A DNA stretch of 64,000 nt from positions 26,542,437 through 26,606,436 of the forward strand of contig NC_092672.1 of NCBI RefSeq assembly GCF_964355755.1, written 5' to 3'. Below are positions 47,400 to 58,575 of the stretch, one piece after another. The notes below the pieces were generated by a model. The model ran no database searches. It saw only the letters and a program-made list of their open reading frames with translations, and was not told the DNA's origin. Every line of letters begins with the position of its first letter. The first letter of the stretch is position 1. Source of the DNA: Antedon mediterranea. Lineage: Eukaryota; Animalia; Echinodermata. Made by a program: the position numbers and the translations under genes.

Positions 47400-49760
47400 A
47401 TAAGTTATAGGATCAAATAAGAAAGATTATAACATTATCGAGACTGGATTGGTCGATTCAATGTTTGTATATCCCCTCCCGTGGTAACAAAAACTGCTAT
47501 CGACCAATTAAATGGCTGCAAAGTTGGAAATTCCATTGGAATGTTTAAGATACACAAATAGTTATAAGGTGTGGAAATATATAAAATTGTGAAACGTATA
47601 CAAATTATCATTCCAGCTTTTTCGTCTTTCAGACAGTCGGAAATTATCGCTGAATTTAATTCTCCACATTAAAGGTTAGTAACAAATTTGTTTCATATCT
47701 TAATTAAGACTATGACAAAACACATTTCCACACATTATTAAATATGAATTATTCCTTAATTATATTCTGTAGATAAAATTATGGATAAATAATAACTATT
47801 CACTGAATCAACCCTAAAGTTAGCTACTGTACATTAATCTAACGATATGTCAAGTGTTTTTATAGTTTATTTTGTATTTACTGTTTGTATTGTTTGAGGG
47901 TCCCTAATGATCAGCTGATGCTGGATGGACCACCCTCATAAAATATTGTTGAAATAAAATAAAAAATAAATAAAATCTTAATAAAACAGGTAAAACCTTC
48001 TTGAAAAATTATTCACTCGTCCCTGCTTAACATTTATAATAAAAAAAAAGTTGTAACTGAATTGAATTTGAATAAGGAACTAGAACTAACTTTACATACC
48101 TAAATTTTGTTGTGGGATGAGGATTTTTTTCCAAATCGGTTTATACACAGTGAGAAATGTTAAATGTGTAAGAAAGCTATGAATATTCAGCTACGTTTAA
48201 GAAACTATTCAAAATCACTGTTGACATATCTTTGCACCTTTTTTTTTCAACAATATTTTATGAGGGTGGTCCATCCAGCATCAGCTGATCATTAGGGAAA
48301 TCCCCTCAAACAATACAAACAGTAAATACAAAATAAACTAGCATTGCATCTATAATTTATTTTTCTTTTACATAATCAAATTACGTTTATTTATAAGCAG
48401 TTCTTTCAGCTCTTATGGTAATTTTAGTTTACTTCTTTCACCCCAACTACTACGAAATACTATTTCGGTTGGTGCATTAAATAAGTAGAGCACTGCTATT
48501 ACTTTCCATACTCTTTTTCCACATGGTCAGAGTGTTACATAAGTAATAGGATCACAAAAGAAAGATTATAACATTATCGAGACTGGATTGGTCGATTCAA
48601 TATTTGTATATCCCCTCCCGTGGTAAAAAAAACTGCTATCGATCAATTAAATGGCTGCAAAGTTGGAAATTCCATTGGAATGTTTAAGATACACAAATAG
48701 TTATGAGGTGTGAAAATATATAAACTTGTGAAAAATTATCGCTGAATTTAATTCTCTACATTAAAGATTAGTAACAAATTTGTTTCATATCTTAATTAAG
48801 ACTATGACAAAACACATTTCCACACATTAAATATGAATTATTCCTTAATTATATTCTGTAGATAAAATTATGGATAAATAATAACTATTCACTGAATCAA
48901 CCCTAAAGTTAGCTACTGTACATTAATCTAACGATCTGTCAAGTGAAATCTTAATAACACAGATAAAACCTTCTTGGACAATATGTTCACTCGTCCCTGC
49001 TTAACATTTTTATTTTAAAAAAAATTTAACTGAATTGAATTTGATTAAGGAACTATTACTAACTTTACATAGGTCTACATACATTTTTTTGCGGGATGAG
49101 GATTTTTTTCCAAATCGGTTTATACACAGTGAGAAATGTGTAAGGAAGCTATGAATATTCAGCTATCGTTTAAGAAAGTACTCAAAATCACTGTTGACAC
49201 ATCTTTGCACCTTTGCATTGCATCTATAATTTATTTTTCTTTTACATAATCAAATTACGTTTACTTATAAGCAGTTCTTTTCAGCTCTTATGGTTATTTT
49301 TGTTTACTTCTTTATCCCAACTACTACGAAATACTACCGTATTTTGGTTGGTGCATTAAATACGTAGAGCATTGCTATTACTTTCCATACTCTTTTTTCA
49401 CCTAGCGTTCATAGCCACGTCACCACAACAAAATGATATAAGTAATAGGATCACATAAGAAAGATTATAACATTATCGAGACTGGATTGGTCGATTAAAT
49501 GTTCGTATAACCCCTCCTGTGGTAACAAAAACTGCTATCGACCAATTAAATGGCTGCAAAGTTGGAAATTCCATTGGAATGTTTAAGATACACAAATAGT
49601 TATAAGGTGTGGAGATATATAAAATTGTGAAACGTATACAAATTATCATTCCAGCTTTTTCGTCTTTCAGACAGCCGGAAATCATCGCTGAATTTAATTC
49701 TCCACATTAAAGGTTAGTAACAAATGTGGTACATCTTAAAATTAATTAAGGCTATGACAA
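47400..49760. repeat. Tandem duplication, ~0.9-1.1-kb unit, ~2.3 copies
   Basis: AAAGATTATAACATTATCGAGACTGGATTGGTCGATT recurs at ~47422, ~48562 and ~49461 with colinear downstream sequence. Confidence 0.85.
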
Positions 49761-50639
49761 ATGAATCTATTGCTTATTTTATGTAATTTAATATTTATAT
49801 AACTTAATGTTAACCCTGACGAAGAAATTAGTGTTTTCTGAAAGCTTAAAATTCACCTTTTTATTTTATCGTTTTAATTGAGTATTTTATTTCTATCTCC
49901 ATTGATCCAGCCACTGATACCCACAGCATTATCATTTTATCAGTAATTGTTTATAGATTTATTAATACTGTATTTTTTTAATGTTCATGTATGGGTCCTT
50001 GCGACGATAAATCGATATCGATTGTCTTACATATAACAAAATAAGTTAGATAAGTTTTTGTTCTAGAAATATATAGGATAATCATTTATGCTGTCTTTGA
50101 TCAAAATTATTATTTTTTTTAATCCAATCAAATGATGTCATGATCAGTAATCGTTGTATTGTCATGATATTATTGCTCTTACCAATCATGACGTCATGTG
50201 GAAATATAATTTTCATCAAAGGCAGCGTAGATGGCTATCCTATAATAGTTCTAGGATGAAAACTGTTTAAATTTCTTTTGTTTCAGGAAGTGTGAAAATG
50301 CATATTTAACTATTTGTCGTCGATCGTTATCGCCCTTGTGTAAATGGGCCTTAAAGCTGAATATTTGGCTTGAGAATGTTTACACAGGGCCTGCTTTCAG
50401 TTTAGTAGCAGTGTTATGCAATGCTATCAATTCTTATATAACGCTTGATAGCCATGTCTGTGAAGTTAGCTAAGTTTCCTAGTTCCTTTTTCAAATTGGA
50501 TTAAAGGGACAGTTACAACTTTTTAAATTATAATTAATTATTAATTAATTATTTGTCTAATACATTATGCAGGCATGTGACCATTATTATGGCGAATAAT
50601 GAGGTAGTCAGTCATTTTGACCTTGACCTAGTGACCTAT

Positions 50640-51222
50640 TATTTATTAACACGAATAAGTACAGTAACTAGCTTTACAACCGGTATAACACTTGACCTAC
50701 TTAATATTTTGAAAATATTTTGGTATGGATCGATGACATACTTTACCATTTGCCACCCTAGTTCCGCGAACGTCTACGCTCTCTACGGCGAAAAGTAATA
50801 AAAACAAAAAAAGTAAATTTCGAGCCCTGTAATTTGCAAAATAATTCGCTGAACTATGGTGGACAGTGATAGAGTACGTCAAGGGTCATCGATCCATACC
50901 AAAATATTTTGAAAATATTAAGTAGGTCAAGTGTTATAACGGTTGTAAAGCTATTTACTTATTCGCCATAGAGAACGTACACGCAATAAAGATTGCGGAA
51001 CTAGGGTGGCAAATGGTAAAGTATGTCAAGGGTCATCGATCCATACCAAATTATTTTGACAACATTAAGTAGAGCAAGTGTTATAACGTTCGTAAAGCTA
51101 CTTACTTATTCGCCATAGAGGGCGTAGACGCAATGAAGTTTGCGGAACTAGGGTAGCAAATGGTAAAGTAGATCAAGGGTCATCGATCATACCAAACATT
51201 TTGAAAATATTAAGTAGGTCAA
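50640..51222. repeat. Inverted plus tandem ~150-bp repeat cluster (foldback-like)
   Basis: ~50670-50790 is the reverse complement of units repeated at ~50880, ~51030 and ~51175. Confidence 0.7.
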
Positions 51223-51479
51223 GGAGCGCGTAAATGCATAAATGTTATTGAACTTTGAAGGCTAACATGTTCATGCAACAACAATTAGACAGTGTTACGT
51301 ATGAAAATCTTTTTTTAAACATATTTGTGCTGATGACACAGGGATTTTTACAACAGGTGAAAATAGCTTAAAATATATTTTTATTGAAATTAATGCTTTT
51401 TGTAATATTTCGGGGTAAAAAGCTAAATAAAGGAAAATGTAAAGGAATCTTGATTGGATCAATTCAGAATAACCTAGCA

Positions 51480-52320
51480 ACCCCTCTTGGTATCACTTGA
51501 ACGAAAGAGCCAATGAAATTTCTCGGAATTTATGTTGGCTATAAAAAAGGTATTTGTGAAAAAAAAACCTGGGATGATAAAATTAGGGATTTAGAGCATA
51601 CTTTAAGACCTATGGGAAAAACGACACCTTGCCTTCTTTGGAAAAATGATCATAATTAAAAGTCGTATTGATTACCAAAACATATATTTCCAATTGTAGA
51701 AAAGTTACTGTATAGATTCCTATGGGGAAATAAAAAAGAAAAGATTAGGAGGAAACACTTATAAATAAAATAGAAGAGGGAAGGGTTAATATGATTGATT
51801 TTTATGTAGTTGTGAACTCGTTAAAGCTAAACACTGGGTTAAGGGATTACTGAGCCCAGACCCAGGCAAGTGGAAATATATTCCAAAATATTACATGCAC
51901 TCTATAGAAAGTACATTAGAGATAAGTAAGCTTAATTTTGAAGAGCAAAAACAATTACAAATTATGCCTGAATTTTATTAATATAATGATTAATGCGATT
52001 GTGAAAATAAATAATATTGAACTGTTAGATCCTCAAAATATACAGGAAATTAAATCTCAAGCCCCGTGGAAAAATAAACGTATAGGCCTACTGTCAGACG
52101 GAAAGTCTTTATACTTCATAAATTAGGCTATAAAACAATTGGTGAAATTTTGGTCAATAACAGAATTTTAAGTCTTAGAGATTTGATTCCCTCGTTATAA
52201 TAAAGCATAATGGGATAATAGAATACTTCAAGCTAATGAATGTTTTTCGTATTGAATGGAAGGAAGTATTGGCACAACCTAGAATAGAAAAAGAACAAGT
52301 TTGTTGGAATTATAAATGCA
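51480..52320 (+). mobile_element. Highly degenerate Tx1/L1-type LINE ORF2 fragment
   Basis: Broken peptides KFLGI, LFGKMIIIKS, LYRFLWGNKKEKIRR, EGRVNMIDF. Confidence 0.55.
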
Positions 52321-52924
52321 TTTTCCAATCAAATGTTTAAATATGTTTTTATGATATGTTTATAATTGAATTAACGACAGTGTCAATCTCCCAAGGTAAA
52401 TGTGAAACGGAGTTTTTATATAAAAAAGAGAATGAGAAAAATGCACAGAATAAATTCTAAACCACCCGGTGATATAATATATAGGTAACTTTATTTCTAA
52501 AAAATGTAACAAAACCACGCACTGTGGTGGATTTATAAAATCTGATAAGTTCTTACATGCATGCCTCTTACAACAACAAAAAATATAAAATAACGTAAAA
52601 ACAATGATTCAAAATAACAAAAGCCACTTATTTCTGTTGCTGGCAATCTCACGCAAATGAATTAAGTCGTTTAAATTACTTAACTTGAAAATTTCTGATA
52701 AATAAATCATTTCTAAGTGTACTTAACAGATTGGTTTGATGTTTTCCAATTCGCCCTTTTATTGAATTAGAGTGTACAATACCAAACACCAATGCTGAAA
52801 AAGCAGGAGTATCTTCACTAATTCTAAGTATATGGCCAAGCATAGACCACCAAGCGGTGATATACTGACATTTAATTAATTTGAAACGATAAAGTTGAGG
52901 AAATCTGTGAGAATGAGAAAAATT

Positions 52925-52997
52925 CGCCCCAACCGAGATTCGAACCCGGAACTTTCTGCTTGATATGCAGATGTCGTAACCATTAGGCCACTGGGGC
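52925..52997 (-). tRNA. tRNA-like pseudogene (anticodon position ATC)
   Basis: Acceptor stem GCCCCAG/TTGGGGC, anticodon stem TCTGC/GCAGA with 7-nt loop ATATCAA, T arm CCGGG-TTCGAAT-CTCGG. Weak D stem and non-canonical loop. Confidence 0.45.
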
Positions 52998-53759
52998 TGT
53001 CATGGTATTGTTCAAACTCGATTGGATAGCGACTCTTTAACATTCTCGGCGTGGTACGGCGGAACAGCACTAATCCCTCAATTGTACGCACGCGCACTAG
53101 AGATCAAATTGACAAGCCCTCATCTTTCAGTATTTTATTTACGAAGCGGGATCTCCGATGAAGATACTTTTTTATATATAAACATCACAGGCACTGAATA
53201 AATTCTAAACCACCCGGTGATGCCTTAAGGCCAATTTACGCAGACTAGCAGCGGTAACGGTAATAACAAATATAGAATCTATGTTATTCCTATGACAAAG
53301 CGGAGAGGACGGGCGGTTTCCGCTCAGGATAGATACATATGTAAATGAACTAAAAGAAAGCTAAAGTTTGTGAATAGAACTAGAAAAGTTAGAACTGCAC
53401 AAATTAAAATACAAGAACTATTTAGCCCTAACAGTCTTATTCGACTTGAACCCTCACAATTATAAGGTAAATATTTATTGTAGAGTTGGGATAGGTGTGT
53501 GCAAATACACACAAATTATTTTGTGGTGTAACCTACAACTTTTATTCGTTCATCATAATAATATTTTCTCACATAATACTCTATTTTTTTATTATTTTCT
53601 TGAATTTATGATACCCACAATTATAATAATAAAAAGTAAAAATGCATATAATATTGTTTACAGTATAGTATATTACATTATACATTGGTATATAATTCGC
53701 GGTAAATTTAACGCAGATCATGAAAGCGAAAGTGCTTGATACAAAATGTAGAGCCAAAT

Positions 53760-54260
53760 AGAAATAAATGATAAAGACGCTAGTAAATTAGCAACTGAAC
53801 ATTTTATTGCACTACAGGCTCTTTCATCGGAGTATGACCTCAATCTTCAGGTGCTTGGCTCTGAATGATAGTCACAAGTGAATACAAAAAGCTATAATGA
53901 AGTTTTATGGCAAAACTGTTTATGTGAACAATAGTATGCTAATTAGCAAGTACAACACATCTCTATTTCCTGGATGGACAGTCTATTGTTAACCGATTTC
54001 CTATTATCTAAATTACTGATACCTCAATAGAAACTTTCTCCTATGTCTACATCCACTGACCAATTCGTTCCTATGGTTAAGTGAGCTGGTTTCAGGCTTG
54101 CATATGATGTAATACTTCTCTTGCAAGCATAGATTACACCGTTTGTTAACATTGGAATATGGTTTACACCTCTTTATTATTCGCCATTTAATGTTATACT
54201 TTATGTTATCATCTTTTAGCTTCAAGATATACCGGCTAATCGTTGTGCTGTTTGATCAAT
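53760..54260 (-). mobile_element. Penelope-like element 3' end (GIY-YIG endonuclease C-terminus + pLTR remnant)
   Basis: [13 protein letters not shown]...[13 protein letters not shown]...[19 protein letters not shown] is typical of the Penelope C-terminus; followed by a hammerhead-like motif. Confidence 0.78.
53809..53854 (-). ncRNA. Minimal type I hammerhead ribozyme remnant
   Basis: GCAC-CUGAAGA-UUGAGGUCAUACUCCGAU-GAAA-GAGCCU-GUA-GUGC. Core boxes intact, stem I GCAC/GUGC, stem III mismatched. Confidence 0.55.
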
Positions 54261-54690
54261 GATCATGTTTATGAATCACACACAAAACTGACTGAGACAT
54301 AGATTACATTTCTGCCATTAATCAAATTTCTTATTTAGAAAAATACTAATAGAAAATGTTGACGTGTTTTAATTAAATGTGCAGTAATTGTATTAAGTAA
54401 TATCTCTTTGACCTGATAAATATCATTGACGGGTGCATTTATACGTACAACCTGTCACTGTGGCCTGATTTATATCAGAGAAAAATAAATATTTGACAAT
54501 TATTGGACATGATTTACAACAGACTGACAGTTGGTTTTCAGTGGCATCACCAACACTAAAATAATAAATTACCTAGAAAAAATCATGTAAGTCTAACCTA
54601 CTAACTAAAATTCTGTCATTTTTTTTAGAAGAGAGATCACGTCATTGGATAAAGAAAGGTAAATTTGTGGTTCAGAAGAATCCAGTCAAG

Positions 54691-57600
54691 ATGGCTTCAA
54701 TTAAGAGTAAGGGACAAATGAGTGTATCAGCATTGGGAAGGCCATTTAGACTTGGTATGTTGTATGATTGTCGTACTGAGAAACTCATCCCTGGTATTAC
54801 TCTATGGGATAATGAATTCCTTCAACACCAACTTGTTTCACAACCCCAAGAGTCAGCAAACTTTACGATACATACTGAAGAGTCTATATCAGACAAAGCC
54901 AATGCCCTTGATATTAATGCCAGCTTGAAGCTGAGTTTTCTTGGTGGTCTTATTGAGGTGTCTGGTTCTGCTAAATATCTTGATGACCGCAAGTCATCCA
55001 ATTACAAGGCCAGAGTATCGATGCAGTACAAGTGTACCACCAAGTTTGAGGAGTTAACAATGGGTCACCTAGGAAAGGGAAAGATCATGCACCATGATGT
55101 TTTCGAATACGGGATTGCCACTCATGTTGTGACTGGTATACAGTATGGTGGTCAGGCATTCTTCATATTTGAAAAGCAGTTTTCTGAAAGCGAGACTTAC
55201 AAGAAAGTACATGGAGATTTAATGGTTGCCATTAAAGCTCTACCGGGGATTATAGTTGATGGTAGTGCTTCTGTAGACTTGACAGAGGATCTTAAGGATA
55301 AAGTAGATGGTTTTGAGTGCACATTTTATGGAGACTTTATTCCTCCCAACAACCCTACCACATATCTTGATGCTGTGAAGTTGTATAAGGAGCTTCCAAA
55401 ACTGATGGGTGTAAAAGCAGACAAGTCAGTTCCTGTTCTCGTCTGGCTTTACCCGCTGGAAAATTTGGATAGCAAAGCAGCTAAGTTGGTCAGAGAAATC
55501 AATGTTACTCTGATTGAAAGTGCAGAAAACACTCTAGAAGAATTACGCGACTTTGAAATAAGGTGCAGAGACCTAGCAGTATCTGACCCATGTCAAAGGT
55601 TTCCCGATATAAGACACAAAATAAACAACTTCAAGGAAATGGTAGAAGAGTATAAACTTACTTTTCAGAAGCAATTGATGCAAGTGTTACCTGATATTCG
55701 AGGAGGGAGGACAGAAGAAATAGTTTTAGCACACCTTTTAGAGAGAAGAAAAGTATCGCCTTTTGGTTATAGACACCTTTCCAAATGGGTGGAAGAAGCT
55801 GAAGCTCTCGTTCGGGTGGTTGGCACATACGTCAGTAGCATGAGTGAAATACCTTTTGCAGACACACCTGGTGTTTTGTCAGCAACCATTTTGAACCCAA
55901 GTAACAAATATGTCATATGCTTCACAATGCGCTTGGTACAGAAAGAAGAACTACTAACAGCCATGCAGAGTTATCTTAAGCAAATCAAAGATGCTGATTA
56001 CAATTTTGATGGAGAAAATGTATTTTCAGATTCTCTTTATGATGCTCTGGCAGACACAATGGTTCAAAATTCACGCCAATTCAAAGAATTTGCCGCAGCA
56101 AATAAAGGATCAACGGGAACATATTTTATAATCCATGAAGACAAAAAGGTGCTTGAAAATCCAGGAGGTTTCACATTTCTGTATAAAGATGGAAAACTGC
56201 TTGATACAAATTTTAAGCCTCCTTCAAAGCCAGGTATACCTACATGTATTGAATCAACTCATCATAGCATCCAGTTAGAATGGAAGGTTCCAGATCAGGG
56301 CGTCTTAAATATCACCTATTATGAAGTGTCTTATAAGCGACTTAGTATTGATGCAGATTGGACCACAGTCTCTACTTCTAGTAAAGAATGTTCATTTACT
56401 GTAGATGATCTAAAGATTGCCTCAGTATACCTATTTAAGGTGAAGGCAATTTGCGAAGTTGGAGTTAGCAAATCTAGTCCAGTTAGCCAACCATTGACGA
56501 CTCGTCCGACATGTCCTCTTAGTAAACCAGAAGTCCAGGTTCCACCAGGCCTTCATATCACTGTTACATGGAGCCCTCCTGATATAATTGCTGAAAATGT
56601 GAAGATTAAAGCGTACGAGGTTCAGTATTGCAATCTGGACACAACAGCCAAAACTGGACCTAGTAATGTAGATAAAATGACCTGGCAAAAAATGTCCGTT
56701 CAAGGCAAGACACTGGAAGCAAACCACAAAGCTATAAATAACACTATATATAGATATCGAGTCCGAGCTGACTGTGGTGATGCTGGAAAAAGCAAATATA
56801 GTCCGATAAGTGAAAATATCTGCCTAAATATTTCACCAGAAGAAATAACAAAGGAGAATATTTTGCTGAAGTCAAAGTGTGTTCACAACGGCTCACCATT
56901 ATTGTATGAACTAGAATTGAAGGAGGTTGTAAGAAGAGAATCAGAAAAAATCCACAAATATGAGTTTGGAGATCATAACAGAAACACAAAAGCTACCGAA
57001 AAAGTTATTATGGTTGTAGGTGCAACGGGAGCAGGGAAGACAACCCTTATCAATGGGCTGATCAATTATGTATTTGGTGTAAAATGGGAGGACCGTTATC
57101 GTTTTAAACTGATTCATGAACGTTTCAAAACTACACAGGCACTTTCACAGACATCGTCCATAACTTCCTACACAATCCATCATCAGAAGGATTTCCAGGT
57201 ACCCTATACGCTGACCATCATTGATACCCCAGGATTTGGTGACACATCAGGTATCAGCCGAGATAAAGAGATAACCAAGCAAATTCACAGCTTCTTTTCT
57301 ACTAAAGGAGTAGGTGGTATCGACCATATAGATGCCATAGGATTTGTGGCTCAAGCTTCATTAGCAAGACTCACACCAACACAGAAATATGTTTTTGACT
57401 CAATCTTGTCACTGTTTGGGAAGGATATTGCTGATAACATCTTTATTCTAGTCACCTTTGCAGATGGCAAGAAACCACCAGTTATGGCAGGTATCAAGGA
57501 AGCTGAGCTTCCATATAAAGCCTACTTCAAGTTCAATAATTCTGCTTTGTTTGCTCAAAATAGTCCTGGTGGTAAGGTCGGGAAGGATGAAGAGAGTGAT

Positions 57601-58575
57601 GAGGATGAAGAAGAGGATGGAGGATTTGATACTATGTTCTGGCAAATGGGAACAAACAGTTTCAAACGGTTCTTAGACAAGCTGGGAGCAATTGAGCCCA
57701 AGAGCTTGGTATTGACCAAGGGTGTCTTGGATGAGCGCAGTCAATTGGAAACATACATTGTTGGGATACAGAGTGGAATCCAAACAGGACTAAATAAACT
57801 TGAACAACTGAAGAAGGAAGATGAAGTTCTTCGTCAGCACCAGAAAGATATTGACATGAATAAAAATTTTCAGTACACAGTTGAAGAGGAAATAGCTGTT
57901 CATTATGAAATTCCATCTGGTACATACATCACCAACTGCCTAACATGCAACAGAACATGTCACTATCCTTGTGGTATACCAGACAATAAATCTAAAAGAG
58001 AGTGTGCTGCAATGAGTGACGGTAAATGTCGGTCATGCAGAAACAATTGTCACTGGACGATGCATAAAAATATGCAAACGAAAATTGAGCTTGAAAAGCG
58101 TGAAGTCACGAAAGATTCTGAAGATTTAAAGAAGCGTTACGAGGATGCAAAAGGTGCAAAAATGACTGCTGAGCAAATCATGAACAAAATTGCAGAGGAA
58201 TTTGAAAATGTCCAATTTAATGTTCTCGAACTGACCTATGAGGTGCGTAAGAGTCTAAATCGCCTTCAGGAAATTGCTCTAGTGCCAAATCCATTGTCAT
58301 CAGTTGAATATATTGATATCCTAATCCAAAATGCAAAAGATGAAGCAAAACCAGGATGGATTGAAAATGTCCAAGAACTTCAAAATTTGAGAAAAAATGC
58401 CGAAGTTTTGAAGAATGTCGAAGATGACAATTTTCATCCGTTTCAGCAGTACAAAAGTATTCAGGATACATTACCAAGAAGTGAAAATGAAGGTACACTC
58501 AGCAGATTCAAAAAGTGGTTAAAATCCAAATTCCTTTCCGGCCCGACTCTCGACACGCTCCCAAATAAAATGTGA
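54691..58575 (+). CDS. Stonustoxin-like + 2x FN3 + AIG1/septin-like GTPase protein (paralog 2)
   Basis: Colinear with 708-4529 over its whole length, same motifs (GATGAGKT, IIDTPG). First ATG is at 54691 (the ORF track starts at a GTG, 54667). The frame stays open back to an acceptor ttttag ending at 54628, so an upstream coding exon cannot be excluded. Confidence 0.9.
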   Translation: MASIKSKGQMSVSALGRPFRLGMLYDCRTEKLIPGITLWDNEFLQHQLVSQPQESANFTIHTEESISDKANALDINASLKLSFLGGLIEVSGSAKYLDDRKSSNYKARVSMQYKCTTKFEELTMGHLGKGKIMHHDVFEYGIATHVVTGIQYGGQAFFIFEKQFSESETYKKVHGDLMVAIKALPGIIVDGSASVDLTEDLKDKVDGFECTFYGDFIPPNNPTTYLDAVKLYKELPKLMGVKADKSVPVLVWLYPLENLDSKAAKLVREINVTLIESAENTLEELRDFEIRCRDLAVSDPCQRFPDIRHKINNFKEMVEEYKLTFQKQLMQVLPDIRGGRTEEIVLAHLLERRKVSPFGYRHLSKWVEEAEALVRVVGTYVSSMSEIPFADTPGVLSATILNPSNKYVICFTMRLVQKEELLTAMQSYLKQIKDADYNFDGENVFSDSLYDALADTMVQNSRQFKEFAAANKGSTGTYFIIHEDKKVLENPGGFTFLYKDGKLLDTNFKPPSKPGIPTCIESTHHSIQLEWKVPDQGVLNITYYEVSYKRLSIDADWTTVSTSSKECSFTVDDLKIASVYLFKVKAICEVGVSKSSPVSQPLTTRPTCPLSKPEVQVPPGLHITVTWSPPDIIAENVKIKAYEVQYCNLDTTAKTGPSNVDKMTWQKMSVQGKTLEANHKAINNTIYRYRVRADCGDAGKSKYSPISENICLNISPEEITKENILLKSKCVHNGSPLLYELELKEVVRRESEKIHKYEFGDHNRNTKATEKVIMVVGATGAGKTTLINGLINYVFGVKWEDRYRFKLIHERFKTTQALSQTSSITSYTIHHQKDFQVPYTLTIIDTPGFGDTSGISRDKEITKQIHSFFSTKGVGGIDHIDAIGFVAQASLARLTPTQKYVFDSILSLFGKDIADNIFILVTFADGKKPPVMAGIKEAELPYKAYFKFNNSALFAQNSPGGKVGKDEESDEDEEEDGGFDTMFWQMGTNSFKRFLDKLGAIEPKSLVLTKGVLDERSQLETYIVGIQSGIQTGLNKLEQLKKEDEVLRQHQKDIDMNKNFQYTVEEEIAVHYEIPSGTYITNCLTCNRTCHYPCGIPDNKSKRECAAMSDGKCRSCRNNCHWTMHKNMQTKIELEKREVTKDSEDLKKRYEDAKGAKMTAEQIMNKIAEEFENVQFNVLELTYEVRKSLNRLQEIALVPNPLSSVEYIDILIQNAKDEAKPGWIENVQELQNLRKNAEVLKNVEDDNFHPFQQYKSIQDTLPRSENEGTLSRFKKWLKSKFLSGPTLDTLPNKM

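Noticed and set aside
52925-52997. Functional tRNA-Asp(ATC) gene
   Set aside because: Poor D stem, purine at position 32 and an anticodon rarely used in eukaryotes; kept only as tRNA-like.
54667-54690. Start of paralog 2 as given in the ORF track
   Set aside because: It is a GTG; in this eukaryotic context the first ATG (54691) aligns with the paralog 1 start.
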